Assembly (NCBI GenBank): GCA_035341815.1
Contig: DAOQVZ010000003.1
Coordinates: forward strand, 1 to 43,165
DNA from: a bacterium
GTDB lineage: Bacteria; Ratteibacteria; UBA8468; B48-G9; JAFGKM01
DNA length: 43,165 nt
Direction of reading: 5' to 3'
Shown: positions 34,840 to 43,165 of the stretch, piece after piece
How positions within the stretch are numbered: position 1 is the stretch's first letter
Layout: each line of letters begins with the position of its first letter
Made by a program: the position numbers and the translations under genes
The notes under the pieces: model-generated
Told to the model about the DNA's origin: nothing
What the model saw: only the letters and a program-made list of their open reading frames with translations
Databases searched by the model: none

Positions 34840-36849
34840 ATGCAAACACAAAATTTATTTAATATTGCCGAAAAAACAAAAGTCAAAAAATTGATTAATA
34901 TTGACGATTTAAAACCAATAAACAATCTTAAATCTATATTTAGGGAAATTCGAGATTATTTTGCCGGTAATGTTACTGGTATCACAAGAGATGAAAAAAT
35001 CGCACAAAATATAATGCGACTTCTGTTTTGTAAGATTTATGATGAAAAAAATAGTAGCGGAATAACTGATTTTTCTAATCGTCCTGAAGATAATTATGAG
35101 ATTTTTCAAAAACGAATAAATCATTTATTCGAAAAAGTTAAAAAAAAATATTCTGGTATTTTTGAGCAAAACGAAAAAATTGAAATAAAACCAGAAGAAC
35201 TATCATTTATAGTCTCAAAATTGGAAGAGTTTTCAATTATAAGTGCTAATAGAGATGTTATTGGTGATGCTTTTGAAGAATTAATAGGAACTTCTTTTAG
35301 GGGTGGAGAGGGACAATTTTTTACACCAAGAAATGTTGTACAAATGATGATTGATTTTTTAGCTCCACAGCCAGGAGAGAGAATTATCGATCCAGCTTGC
35401 GGCAGTGGTGGTTTTCTTGCTTATACACTAAGATATTTTATTTCACATAATCAAAAAGATTTCCATATTATGGGTATTGATAAAGATGCTTTCTTGTCGA
35501 AAATCGCAAAAATTTATCTTTCAATACTTGGCAATGATGAATTTCATATATTTTGTGAAAATAGCTTGGAAACACCCAATAAATGGGATAGAGGTGCTAG
35601 GGAAGAGATTATACTTGGTACTTTTGATGCAATACTTACAAATCCGCCATTCGGAGCAAAAATACCAGTTATTGGAAAAGATTTATTAAGTCAATATCAA
35701 CTTGGTTGCAAATGGGAAAACTGTAATAAATGGACACAAACAAATAAATTGCTTGATAAACAATCTCCACAAGTTTTATTCATTGAACGATGCTTACAAT
35801 TACTGCGCGAAGGCGGAAGACTCGGTATTGTTTTGCCTGAAGGAATTTTTGGTAATCCATCCGATAGATATATTTGGGAGTATCTTTCAAAAGTAGCATC
35901 AATTACTGGTGTTGTGAGTTTATCTCAAGAAACTTTTCAACCAAGCACTCATACAAAAACAAGTGTTTTATTTTTACAAAAGACAACCAAAAAACCAAAA
36001 TCAATTTTTATGTCTATTGCAAATAACGTTGGCCATAATAAAAATGGGAAACCAATATATAAAATAGATGAATTTAGTAATGAAAAAATACTGAATGACG
36101 ATCTTCCTACAATTGCCAAAAAATTCAATTCGTATAAAAACAATAATAAAGTCGTAAAAGACCGTTTAGGATTTAGCATTACTTACGATGAATTAAATGA
36201 CCACATTTTTATTCCCGAATATTACAATCCTGAAATTTGCAAAGAGTTAGAGAAGCTCAAAAAAAGCGGAAAATATTTATTGTTATCCATTGGCAGTTTA
36301 ATAGATAAAGGAGTTTTACAAGTCAGTAGAGGTAATGAAATAGGTTCTCAATTTTATGGCACAGGAGAAATTCCATTTGTAAGAACTAGTGATATTGTTA
36401 ATTGGGAAATAAAATTTGATCCGGTAAAAGCTGTTTCAGAGGATGTATACAATCAATACAAAATATCACAGGATATACAAGAAAATGATATTTTATTTGT
36501 GAATGATGGAACATTTCTAATTGGAAGAACTGCTATGGTTACCAAACTGGATTTAAAAATAATAATTCAAAGCCATGTAAAGAAATTTAGGGTTTTAGAT
36601 GATGAATTTATCAATCCCTATTACTTATTTTATCTTTTGAACAGTAAAATAGTTAGAAAACAAATTGATTCTAAAACATTTGTACAAGCAACTATTTCAA
36701 CCATTGGCAATCGATTAAGAGAAGTCATATTGCCAAAAAGTAAAGATCCAAATGAAATAAAGAAGATTATAAGAGAGATTAAAGATATTATTGATAAAAA
36801 AGCTGATTTAAGAGAGAAAACTGTAAAGATTGTTGATGCGAGTATTTGA
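34840..36849 (+). CDS. N6-adenine DNA methyltransferase (HsdM-like, gamma class) fused to a single HsdS-like target-recognition domain
   Basis: 669 aa. GQFFTPRNVV, motif I IIDPACGSGGFL, motif IV NPPFG. The C-terminal ~200 aa resembles a type I S-subunit TRD (GEIPFVRTSDI...). Confidence 0.8.
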   Translation: MQTQNLFNIAEKTKVKKLINIDDLKPINNLKSIFREIRDYFAGNVTGITRDEKIAQNIMRLLFCKIYDEKNSSGITDFSNRPEDNYEIFQKRINHLFEKVKKKYSGIFEQNEKIEIKPEELSFIVSKLEEFSIISANRDVIGDAFEELIGTSFRGGEGQFFTPRNVVQMMIDFLAPQPGERIIDPACGSGGFLAYTLRYFISHNQKDFHIMGIDKDAFLSKIAKIYLSILGNDEFHIFCENSLETPNKWDRGAREEIILGTFDAILTNPPFGAKIPVIGKDLLSQYQLGCKWENCNKWTQTNKLLDKQSPQVLFIERCLQLLREGGRLGIVLPEGIFGNPSDRYIWEYLSKVASITGVVSLSQETFQPSTHTKTSVLFLQKTTKKPKSIFMSIANNVGHNKNGKPIYKIDEFSNEKILNDDLPTIAKKFNSYKNNNKVVKDRLGFSITYDELNDHIFIPEYYNPEICKELEKLKKSGKYLLLSIGSLIDKGVLQVSRGNEIGSQFYGTGEIPFVRTSDIVNWEIKFDPVKAVSEDVYNQYKISQDIQENDILFVNDGTFLIGRTAMVTKLDLKIIIQSHVKKFRVLDDEFINPYYLFYLLNSKIVRKQIDSKTFVQATISTIGNRLREVILPKSKDPNEIKKIIREIKDIIDKKADLREKTVKIVDASI

Positions 36850-36910
36850 TGAAAAGGAATTTGATATTAAATCGAGAAAAGTTTGGAAAATTTCTAAAAG
36901 TGAAAGGGAA

Positions 36911-36947
36911 CACTTGAAATCGAGCTTTACGCATTCGATTTAAAGTG
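36911..36947 (+). terminator. AT-rich hairpin at the right edge of the island (terminator or operator, function uncertain)
   Basis: cacttgaaatcga (36911-36923) and tcgatttaaagtg (36935-36947) pair at 12/13 positions with an 11-nt loop. No clean T-tract follows. Confidence 0.3.
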
Positions 36948-37065
36948 TGTTGTGTGAAAAGCAAATTCAAGAGAAAAATTCATCACAAAGAACCAATCGT
37001 ACACAAAATCAGTCTAACTTTTCACAAATACAAAGTTTACCAAGTGATAAAACAAGGAGGTAATT

Positions 37066-38736
37066 ATGTTCTGTTTTCAATGCCAGGAAACTGCAAGAAA
37101 CCAGGGATGCACAGTCAGGGGCGTATGCGGGAAACCCGAAGAAACCGCCGACATACAGGACCTGCTCATCCACGTATGCAAGGGTATTTCTTTCTACGGG
37201 GAACGATTGAAGGAAATTGAGCCTGTCGATAAAAAGTTCGGAAATTTTATCTGCCAGGCTTTGTTTGTTACTATCACAAATGCGGCATGGGATGATGATG
37301 CCATTATCGCAAGGATAAAGGATGCATTGAAGGCCAGGGAAGAAATAAAAACTATTTTCCTTTCCGCCTTCAGCAAAAAATACGGAAAAGAATTTTCCGA
37401 ATCATTGCCGGATTGCGCAACATGGCATTCGGAGGACCGTCTGGAGATTCTTAAAAAGGCCAAATCGGAAGAGATGCGGATTAACGCTTCCGACAGCGAA
37501 GATGTACGTTCACTGCGCCAGTTGCTGGTAATCGGGTGCAAGGGTATAGCCGCATATGCCGAACATGCGGCGGTACTGGGATATGAAAATGAAGAAATTT
37601 ATGGTTTTATCATGGAAGCCCTCGATTCAACAAATAAAAACCTGCCGGTTGACGACATGGTTGCCATGGTGATGCGCGCCGGCGAAACATCTGTTAAAAC
37701 CATGGCTCTCCTTGACCAGGCCAATACATCGACTTACGGCCATCCCGAAATAACAGAAGTCAACCTGGGCGTCGGGAAAAATCCCGGCATTTTAATAAGC
37801 GGACACGACCTCAAGGACATGGAAGAATTGCTGAAACAGACCGAGGAAACAGGCGTAGATGTCTATACCCACGGGGAAATGCTTCCGGCAAACTACTATC
37901 CTGCATTCAAGAAATACAAGCATTTTATAGGCAATTACGGCGGTTCATGGTGGCATCAAAACAAGGAGTTTGAGTCCTTCAACGGCCCGATAATTCTAAC
38001 CACCAACTGCCTGATACCTGTCAAGAAGGAAAACACTTACCTGGGCAGGCTGTTTACCACCGGGATTGTCAGTTACCCCGGGGCCGCCCATATACCTGAC
38101 AGGCAAAAGGGAGGTTCCAAGGATTTTTCAAAAGTGATAGAGCTTGCCAGGACCTGCAAGGCGCCGCAAGAGCTGGAAAGCGGCACACTGGTCGGCGGTT
38201 TTGCCCACAACCAGGTTATAGCCCTGGCGGACAAGGTAGTTGAAGCAGTCAAGTCTGGAGCCATAAAGCGTTTCATAGTCATGGCCGGATGCGATGGCAG
38301 ACACCCCTCCCGTAATTACTTTACACAAGTAGCAGAGAACCTGCCGAAAGATACGGTTATCCTGACGGCAGGCTGTGCAAAGTACCGGTACAACAAGCTG
38401 AAACTTGGAGATATCGGCGGGATTCCCCGCGTACTGGATGCCGGGCAGTGCAACGATTCTTACTCCCTTGCCGTCATCGCTCTGAAGCTGAAAGAGGCAT
38501 TCGGGCTGAAAGACATCAACGAACTGCCGGTTTCTTACGATATTGCGTGGTATGAACAGAAAGCGGTGGCAGTCCTCCTGGCCCTTCTTTACCTCGGAGT
38601 CAAGGGAATGAGGCTCGGCCCCACATTGCCGGCTTTTCTGTCTCCCAATGTCGCCAGGGTTCTGGTAGACAAATTCAACATCAAGCCCATAGGCACTGTT
38701 GAGGAAGATATCTCTGCAATGATGTCGGGCAAATAG
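37066..38736 (+). CDS. hcp: Hybrid-cluster protein / hydroxylamine reductase
   Basis: 556 aa. Diagnostic N-terminal Cys motif [33 protein letters not shown]. Confidence 0.9.
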   Translation: MFCFQCQETARNQGCTVRGVCGKPEETADIQDLLIHVCKGISFYGERLKEIEPVDKKFGNFICQALFVTITNAAWDDDAIIARIKDALKAREEIKTIFLSAFSKKYGKEFSESLPDCATWHSEDRLEILKKAKSEEMRINASDSEDVRSLRQLLVIGCKGIAAYAEHAAVLGYENEEIYGFIMEALDSTNKNLPVDDMVAMVMRAGETSVKTMALLDQANTSTYGHPEITEVNLGVGKNPGILISGHDLKDMEELLKQTEETGVDVYTHGEMLPANYYPAFKKYKHFIGNYGGSWWHQNKEFESFNGPIILTTNCLIPVKKENTYLGRLFTTGIVSYPGAAHIPDRQKGGSKDFSKVIELARTCKAPQELESGTLVGGFAHNQVIALADKVVEAVKSGAIKRFIVMAGCDGRHPSRNYFTQVAENLPKDTVILTAGCAKYRYNKLKLGDIGGIPRVLDAGQCNDSYSLAVIALKLKEAFGLKDINELPVSYDIAWYEQKAVAVLLALLYLGVKGMRLGPTLPAFLSPNVARVLVDKFNIKPIGTVEEDISAMMSGK

Positions 38737-38750
38737 GAGAGCGCAGAAAT

Positions 38751-40017
38751 ATGGGACATCTATACAAAAAGGGATTTGACGGAATTGAAAAGAACCTTCT
38801 TCAAGCGATGGAAGGAATGGAAATTATAGACGGACACGAACATATCCCGCCCGAGGAAGTAAGAACTTCACTTGACGTTGACGTGCTTACCCTTTTCTGC
38901 CACTACACAAGGGGCGACCTCATGAGGGCAGGAATGTCCCTTGAGATTTTCGAGAGCCTTTTCGACACGAGCATCCCGCTTGAGAAAAGATGGAAAGATT
39001 TTTCACCTTACTGGGAAAACATAAGGCATACATCTTATTCAAAGAGCAGTACTTATAGCAGCGCGGAAATTCTACGGGGCGGATGATATAAGCGGCAAAA
39101 CATACAGGGATATCTCGGAGAAGATGAAGAAATTCAACAAGCCGGGAATATACCGAAAAGTCCTGATGGACACCTGTAAAATAAAAACCTGCCTCAACCA
39201 GTGCGGCAGAACCGACCTTGACCGGGATATTTTCACGCCTGTAATGCCATTGATAGGCGGGCTTGAAATAGTCAGGGACCAGGTAACAGGCGCACCCATT
39301 TTTTTTGAACCGGCCCTCGAGATAAAAAAGAACCGCGAGATAAAGAACCTTGACGACTATGTTTCCGCCATACTGTATTATATATCGAAGGTCCAAAAAG
39401 AAGGCGCCGTCGGGCTGAAGATGAAATCACTTCCATACTCGGAGCCTGACAGGAAAAAAGCCGCCGCTGAATTCTCAAAAATCAGGCAGGGAAAGAACTA
39501 TTCCCCGATGATTTTTGACAGTTATGTCATAGACATGGCGCTCTCTTTTGCAGAAAAACAGGATATGACAGTAGCCGTCCACACGGGCTACTGGGGTGAT
39601 TTCAGGAAACTTCATCCGCTCCACATCATACCCCTTCTGCAAAGATTTCCCGCAATCAGGTTCGACATATACCATCTCGGATATCCCTGGGTAAGAGATA
39701 CCCTCATGCTTGCCAAGGGATTTTCCAACGTATGGCTCAATTTCTGCTGGACCTACATAATATCAGAGAAATGTGCCGCGGACGCCCTAGATGAAGCCAT
39801 TGATACCGTCCCGTCCAACAGGATAATCGGGTTCGGGGGAGACTACAACAAGCCGGTGGAAGAGGTTTACGGACACCTGGTAATGGCAAGAGAGAGCATG
39901 GCGAAGGTGCTGGGAAGAAGGATACGGGAAGAAACGATGTCAGAAAAGCAGGCCCTCACCCTTCTGAAAAAGTGGTTTTGGGATAATCCCGTTGAGCTAT
40001 ACAGGCTTAAATTGTAA
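38751..40017 (+). pseudogene. Amidohydrolase-family gene interrupted by a +1 frameshift near 39041-39043
   Basis: Frame A reads ...IIDGHEHI...PYWENIRHTSYS, then degenerates to a stop at 39084-39086. Frame B is open from 39025 and reads RAVLIAARKFYGADDISGKTYRDISEKMKKF..., continuing to 40017. Confidence 0.65.
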
Positions 40018-40077
40018 GAAAAATTTCTGCAAACCCCGGCAACCTGAAGAACTCCCGCTGATTCAAATGCCTCTGCA

Positions 40078-40103
40078 GAAGTGCGATCCATCGCACTTCT
40101 TTT
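40078..40103 (+). terminator. Rho-independent terminator between convergent genes
   Basis: Stem gaagtgcga / tcgcacttc (9 bp), loop tcca, then TTTT. Confidence 0.6.
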
Positions 40104-40150
40104 CGCAGGCTGAAGCCTGCGGCTACCAGAAAGTCTTACAGGCTTAAGGG
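40078..40150. repeat. Short copy of the mosaic hairpin element
   Basis: gcacttcttttcgcaggct (40093-40111) and gaagcctgcggctacc (40112-40127) match modules at 28881-28901 and 28921-28936. Confidence 0.75.
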
Positions 40151-40155
40151 AATAA

Positions 40156-41190
40156 TTATTTCAGGCAACCGGCAAGCAAGGTAACAAAATCATAGCTTTT
40201 TATAAACGGAAGTTTCTGGTAGCCGTTTATCTTGGTCATCACAACTCCATATTCAGGCAGAACCAGGCAGAACTGCCCGCCGTTGCCTCCCATGTTCCAG
40301 GACTTTATATCACTGCCCCTGGATGTCCACCACCCCAAACCGTAACCGAGTTTTGCCTGTCCATCTTCATTCTGAGGCTGCTTTTCCAACCATGTCCCCC
40401 TGCGCCAGGCATTAATCCTGTGGGGGATATCGGTAAAGCTTTCCCTGACAAACCCCGCGGGAAGCAACTGCATGTCTTTCCAACTGCCTCCATTAAGATA
40501 CAGGTGTCCGATTCTTGCGAGGTCGCTTGCCGTCCAGTAGGTCCCCCATGAGCCGATATTTACAGCAACCTCTTTCACATCGGAAGTCATAACAGTTTTG
40601 GGGGTCTGTGCCTGGCCCCCGGTCATCCAGTCAAATTCATATTCCATTCCGACAACATCCAGCACCTTTTCCATCAAGACATCCTTAAGCTCCCTGCCAT
40701 AGATATACGTCAATGCGCACGCAAGGGCCACTGGCTGGGCATTCGTATAATGGTATTCTTTGCCCGGCTCAATATTGCCCGGGTCAACATATTCCATGGG
40801 ATGAACGTAGGGCGCCCCTGCCGATATCCCCGATGTCATGGTGACAAGATGCCTGAATGTTATCCTATCAGCGTACGGACCTCCTTCAAAACCTGGCCAG
40901 AAATCCTTTACCTTCGCATCAAGCCCGGGAACCAGGCCGTCACGAATTGCGAGCCCCAGCATCATGCTTGTTATGGATTTCGTACAGGATTGTATCTCAA
41001 CGGTTTTTTCGCGTGGACCGGCATAATTCCACTCGGCAACAAGGTACCCGTTGCGTATCAATACCCCGTTTGCCTCTGCAAATTTCATTTTCCCGTCTAT
41101 CGCATCAAGAATTTCTCCTGTGAACCCGAAATCCGCGGGATTGCCCTTCTGCCATTTTACCCCGGGAAAAATCATGTTTGATTTAGCCAT
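40156..41190 (-). CDS. Serine hydrolase of the beta-lactamase / penicillin-binding (class C-like) family
   Basis: 344 aa. SxxK motif QSCTKS and a YxN-like YTN. Confidence 0.75.
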   Translation of the reverse strand: MAKSNMIFPGVKWQKGNPADFGFTGEILDAIDGKMKFAEANGVLIRNGYLVAEWNYAGPREKTVEIQSCTKSITSMMLGLAIRDGLVPGLDAKVKDFWPGFEGGPYADRITFRHLVTMTSGISAGAPYVHPMEYVDPGNIEPGKEYHYTNAQPVALACALTYIYGRELKDVLMEKVLDVVGMEYEFDWMTGGQAQTPKTVMTSDVKEVAVNIGSWGTYWTASDLARIGHLYLNGGSWKDMQLLPAGFVRESFTDIPHRINAWRRGTWLEKQPQNEDGQAKLGYGLGWWTSRGSDIKSWNMGGNGGQFCLVLPEYGVVMTKINGYQKLPFIKSYDFVTLLAGCLK

Positions 41191-41291
41191 AATATATCTC
41201 TCCTTTTTTTATTTTAAGAAGTTGTTTGAACTCAAAATCCTTTTTTCTTTCCTCAATTTTATTCTGCCGTATATTGCGTGTCAAAAAAAAC

Positions 41292-41321
41292 TTGACAGAA
41301 TATAGAGAGGTGTAATAGAAT
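41292..41321 (+). promoter_or_regulatory. Putative sigma70-type promoter upstream of the prepilin-like genes
   Basis: TTGACA-18 nt-TAGAAT. It would give a leader of roughly 215 nt before the ATG at 41541. Confidence 0.45.
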
Positions 41322-41540
41322 TTCTATGAAAACTTTACTGTTACAATGTTACAAAAATTACGCGTTTCAGATGTTTTTGGTTAAGCTTTCGTTTCGAAAG
41401 AGAAATTGAATAAACACACAACTGGAGGTGGTGAAAAGAATAAATTGAGTGCTTGAAGAAACCTGCAAACGCAAGGAATATCCTGTATCCGCAATGTGCA
41501 AGAAGGAGGTATATATAAAATTGTAATGGGGGTGGATAAA

Positions 41541-42281
41541 ATGGATAAGAAAAATAAAGGATTTACCCTGATAGAACTTCTCGTGGTTATAGCCATCATA
41601 GCGATACTTGCGGCAATGCTTCTGCCGGCCCTGGCAAGAGCGAAAGAACGGGCATCGAGAGCCGTGTGCATAACCAACCTGAAACAACTGGGATTGGCGC
41701 TCCATATATATGCACAGGACTGGGGCGGCTGGTTTCCCATACTCGACCAGAGAGAAGGAAAGGATGCTCAGTCTAAAACAAACAGGTCGCTGGCCCTGCT
41801 TACAGGCCAGACCGTTCCGGATGAAGGAGGGGTTGCCCATCCTGCCCTTGACAGTCCTGCTTACGTTACGGACGCCAAGCTTTTTATATGCCCGAGCACG
41901 CCATCCACACCTGACCCCGACATACCCGGCAAACTTATGATGCCCTTGAATGGCCGTGGATTACCAGGTACTTGTTCTTACGCGTATGCATACGGGCTCA
42001 ATCTTCAGACTCATCCGGATACCGCTATAATGGCAGATACAAAAGCACAGAATTCAGGCTACATATGGCAATATGCCTCAGACCCTGCATGGCGCAGAGT
42101 CTATAATTACTACAACCATAGTCTTTACGGAGTGAACGTACTGTATGTTGGAGGAAACGCCAGGTGGGTCGACGTTCTCCGGTCAACTGACTCTTCCTCT
42201 AGGTATTTGCCAGCCACCCCGTTCCCCAACTGCGGTGTGGGCAAGGATTATACCTTGAGGGATCTTTATAGTACATACTGA
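41541..42281 (+). CDS. Prepilin-type N-terminal cleavage/methylation domain protein, H-X9-DG family (degenerate H-X9-VG)
   Basis: [32 protein letters not shown]-terminal [13 protein letters not shown]. The start codon is uncertain (41526 or 41541). Confidence 0.8.
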   Translation: MDKKNKGFTLIELLVVIAIIAILAAMLLPALARAKERASRAVCITNLKQLGLALHIYAQDWGGWFPILDQREGKDAQSKTNRSLALLTGQTVPDEGGVAHPALDSPAYVTDAKLFICPSTPSTPDPDIPGKLMMPLNGRGLPGTCSYAYAYGLNLQTHPDTAIMADTKAQNSGYIWQYASDPAWRRVYNYYNHSLYGVNVLYVGGNARWVDVLRSTDSSSRYLPATPFPNCGVGKDYTLRDLYSTY

Positions 42282-42313
42282 TGGCACGTTTGGGGAAAAG
42301 AGGAGGTAAAAAA

Positions 42314-43018
42314 ATGAAAGAGAAAAAGAGATGCATCCGCAGAAGTTTTGACAGAAGAGGCGGGTTTACGCTGATAGAGCTTCTCGTGGTCATAGCAATC
42401 ATTGCGATACTTGCGGCAATGCTTCTGCCGGCTTTGTCAAAAGCAAGGGCAAGGGCGAAAGCATCTGTCTGCATGAACAACCTGAGACAGATAGGGTTGG
42501 GTTTGCTTCTTTACGCGGAGGACTTTAAAGGCTGGATGCCCTCCGGTGCTTTAGCTACTACGTGGAAAAGTCCTTATACTTTGAAAGGATATATCGACCC
42601 CAACCTGGTTGTCTGCCCTTCCGCAAAACCCTACGTGCTTGACAAAAACAATAACGATGCCGACAGGGCCATATATGCACGAAGGTATGAAACATTATTC
42701 AGCGACCGTTTCTATCCCAACTGCATCTATTTTTTTAATAAAACTCCTCAATACCAGCAGGATCTCTGGCTAATAGCCGAAGCTGTCGACATAAATCCGT
42801 CTGCTACAAGGTTTGGCTATCAATACTATACGCTCAGCCAGGGAGACTATGCACATTTCAGGCATGCAAACACCATGAACATGCTCTTCGCTGACGGACA
42901 CGTGGAGGCTGCAACCCCCAGCCGGTTTATAGAGGCAACCAAGAGACACAGCAACCTTGCCAGTAAATATTGGCGGGTTATGTATGCCGACGGCAGGAGA
43001 GACACCCTGTACTGGTAG
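42314..43018 (+). CDS. Prepilin-type N-terminal cleavage/methylation domain protein, H-X9-DG family
   Basis: [37 protein letters not shown]-terminal [13 protein letters not shown], which is exactly H-X9-DG. Confidence 0.85.
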   Translation: MKEKKRCIRRSFDRRGGFTLIELLVVIAIIAILAAMLLPALSKARARAKASVCMNNLRQIGLGLLLYAEDFKGWMPSGALATTWKSPYTLKGYIDPNLVVCPSAKPYVLDKNNNDADRAIYARRYETLFSDRFYPNCIYFFNKTPQYQQDLWLIAEAVDINPSATRFGYQYYTLSQGDYAHFRHANTMNMLFADGHVEAATPSRFIEATKRHSNLASKYWRVMYADGRRDTLYW

Positions 43019-43165
43019 CAACAAAAATTTAACGTCTGAAAAGCGCCTGATATAATAAAAGGGAGTATTCATAAATCCGCGGCAGGAGATAAGCTTACCA
43101 AATATCCTGAAGCAATCCGGCGGCTGAAAAAACACACACATTTACCTATAACAAGGGAGGAACAT

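Larger units (their letters stand above)
33674..37065 (+). other. AT-rich two-gene island (restriction-modification-like) between tRNA-Ser(CGA) and hcp
   Basis: There is a visible composition shift: strongly AT-rich with AAA/ATT/AAT-rich codons, versus roughly balanced flanks. It begins immediately 3' of a tRNA. No integrase or att repeat was found. Confidence 0.55.

Noticed and set aside
36861-36875. FNR/CRP-type box (ttgatattaaatcga) upstream of hcp
   Set aside because: Only one half-site matches TTGAT. The other half is off in sequence and spacing, and it is about 190 nt from the hcp start.
33674-37065. Calling the AT-rich island an integrative mobile element
   Set aside because: No integrase, recombinase or transposase gene is present, and I could not find a duplicate of the tRNA 3' end at the far border. 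It is reported only as a compositional island.
43150-43165. Possible RBS (aagggagg) and start of another gene at the window edge
   Set aside because: The start codon would be cut by the window end, so it cannot be evaluated.

Overview
This 43 kb window looks like chromosomal DNA from a PVC-type bacterium (Lentisphaerota, Verrucomicrobiota, Planctomycetota or a related candidate phylum). That placement rests on two tandem prepilin-like H-X9-DG proteins and a MoxR/DUF58/BatA-type cluster. All calls are made by eye from the sequence and the ORF translations; no searches were run.

Gene content, left to right:
- a 5'-truncated GH1 beta-glucosidase
- a two-subunit ATP-citrate lyase (aclB and aclA, overlapping)
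- tRNA-Ser(GGA)
- a long minus-strand block: Gfo/Idh/MocA oxidoreductase, an amidohydrolase, two tandem PIG-L deacetylases, then a roughly 13.5 kb tightly coupled cluster (tandem-DUF4159 protein, MoxR, DUF58, two VWA membrane proteins, a large coiled-coil membrane protein, two secreted proteins)
- an untracked 54-aa Lys-tailed gene with its own promoter and terminator
- an L-rhamnose-isomerase-like gene, an HKD/PLD protein, an MDR dehydrogenase and ribD-ribE
- a 1394-aa secreted LamG/TPR/beta-helix/CBM9-like protein
- tRNA-Ser(CGA)
- an AT-rich two-gene restriction-modification-like island
- hcp, a frameshifted amidohydrolase and a serine hydrolase

The two signals most worth follow-up:
1. A dispersed mosaic family of short hairpin modules sits in at least six intergenic loci. 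It includes a roughly 550 bp array, 33/33 and 28/29 nt inter-locus matches in shuffled order, a unit bounded by terminal inverted repeats, and compensatory stem changes.
2. The AT-rich island beside tRNA-Ser(CGA) pairs a largely unassignable protein carrying a C-terminal HNH-like motif with an HsdM-type methylase fused to a single target-recognition domain.

No CRISPR array, integrase or transposase was seen.
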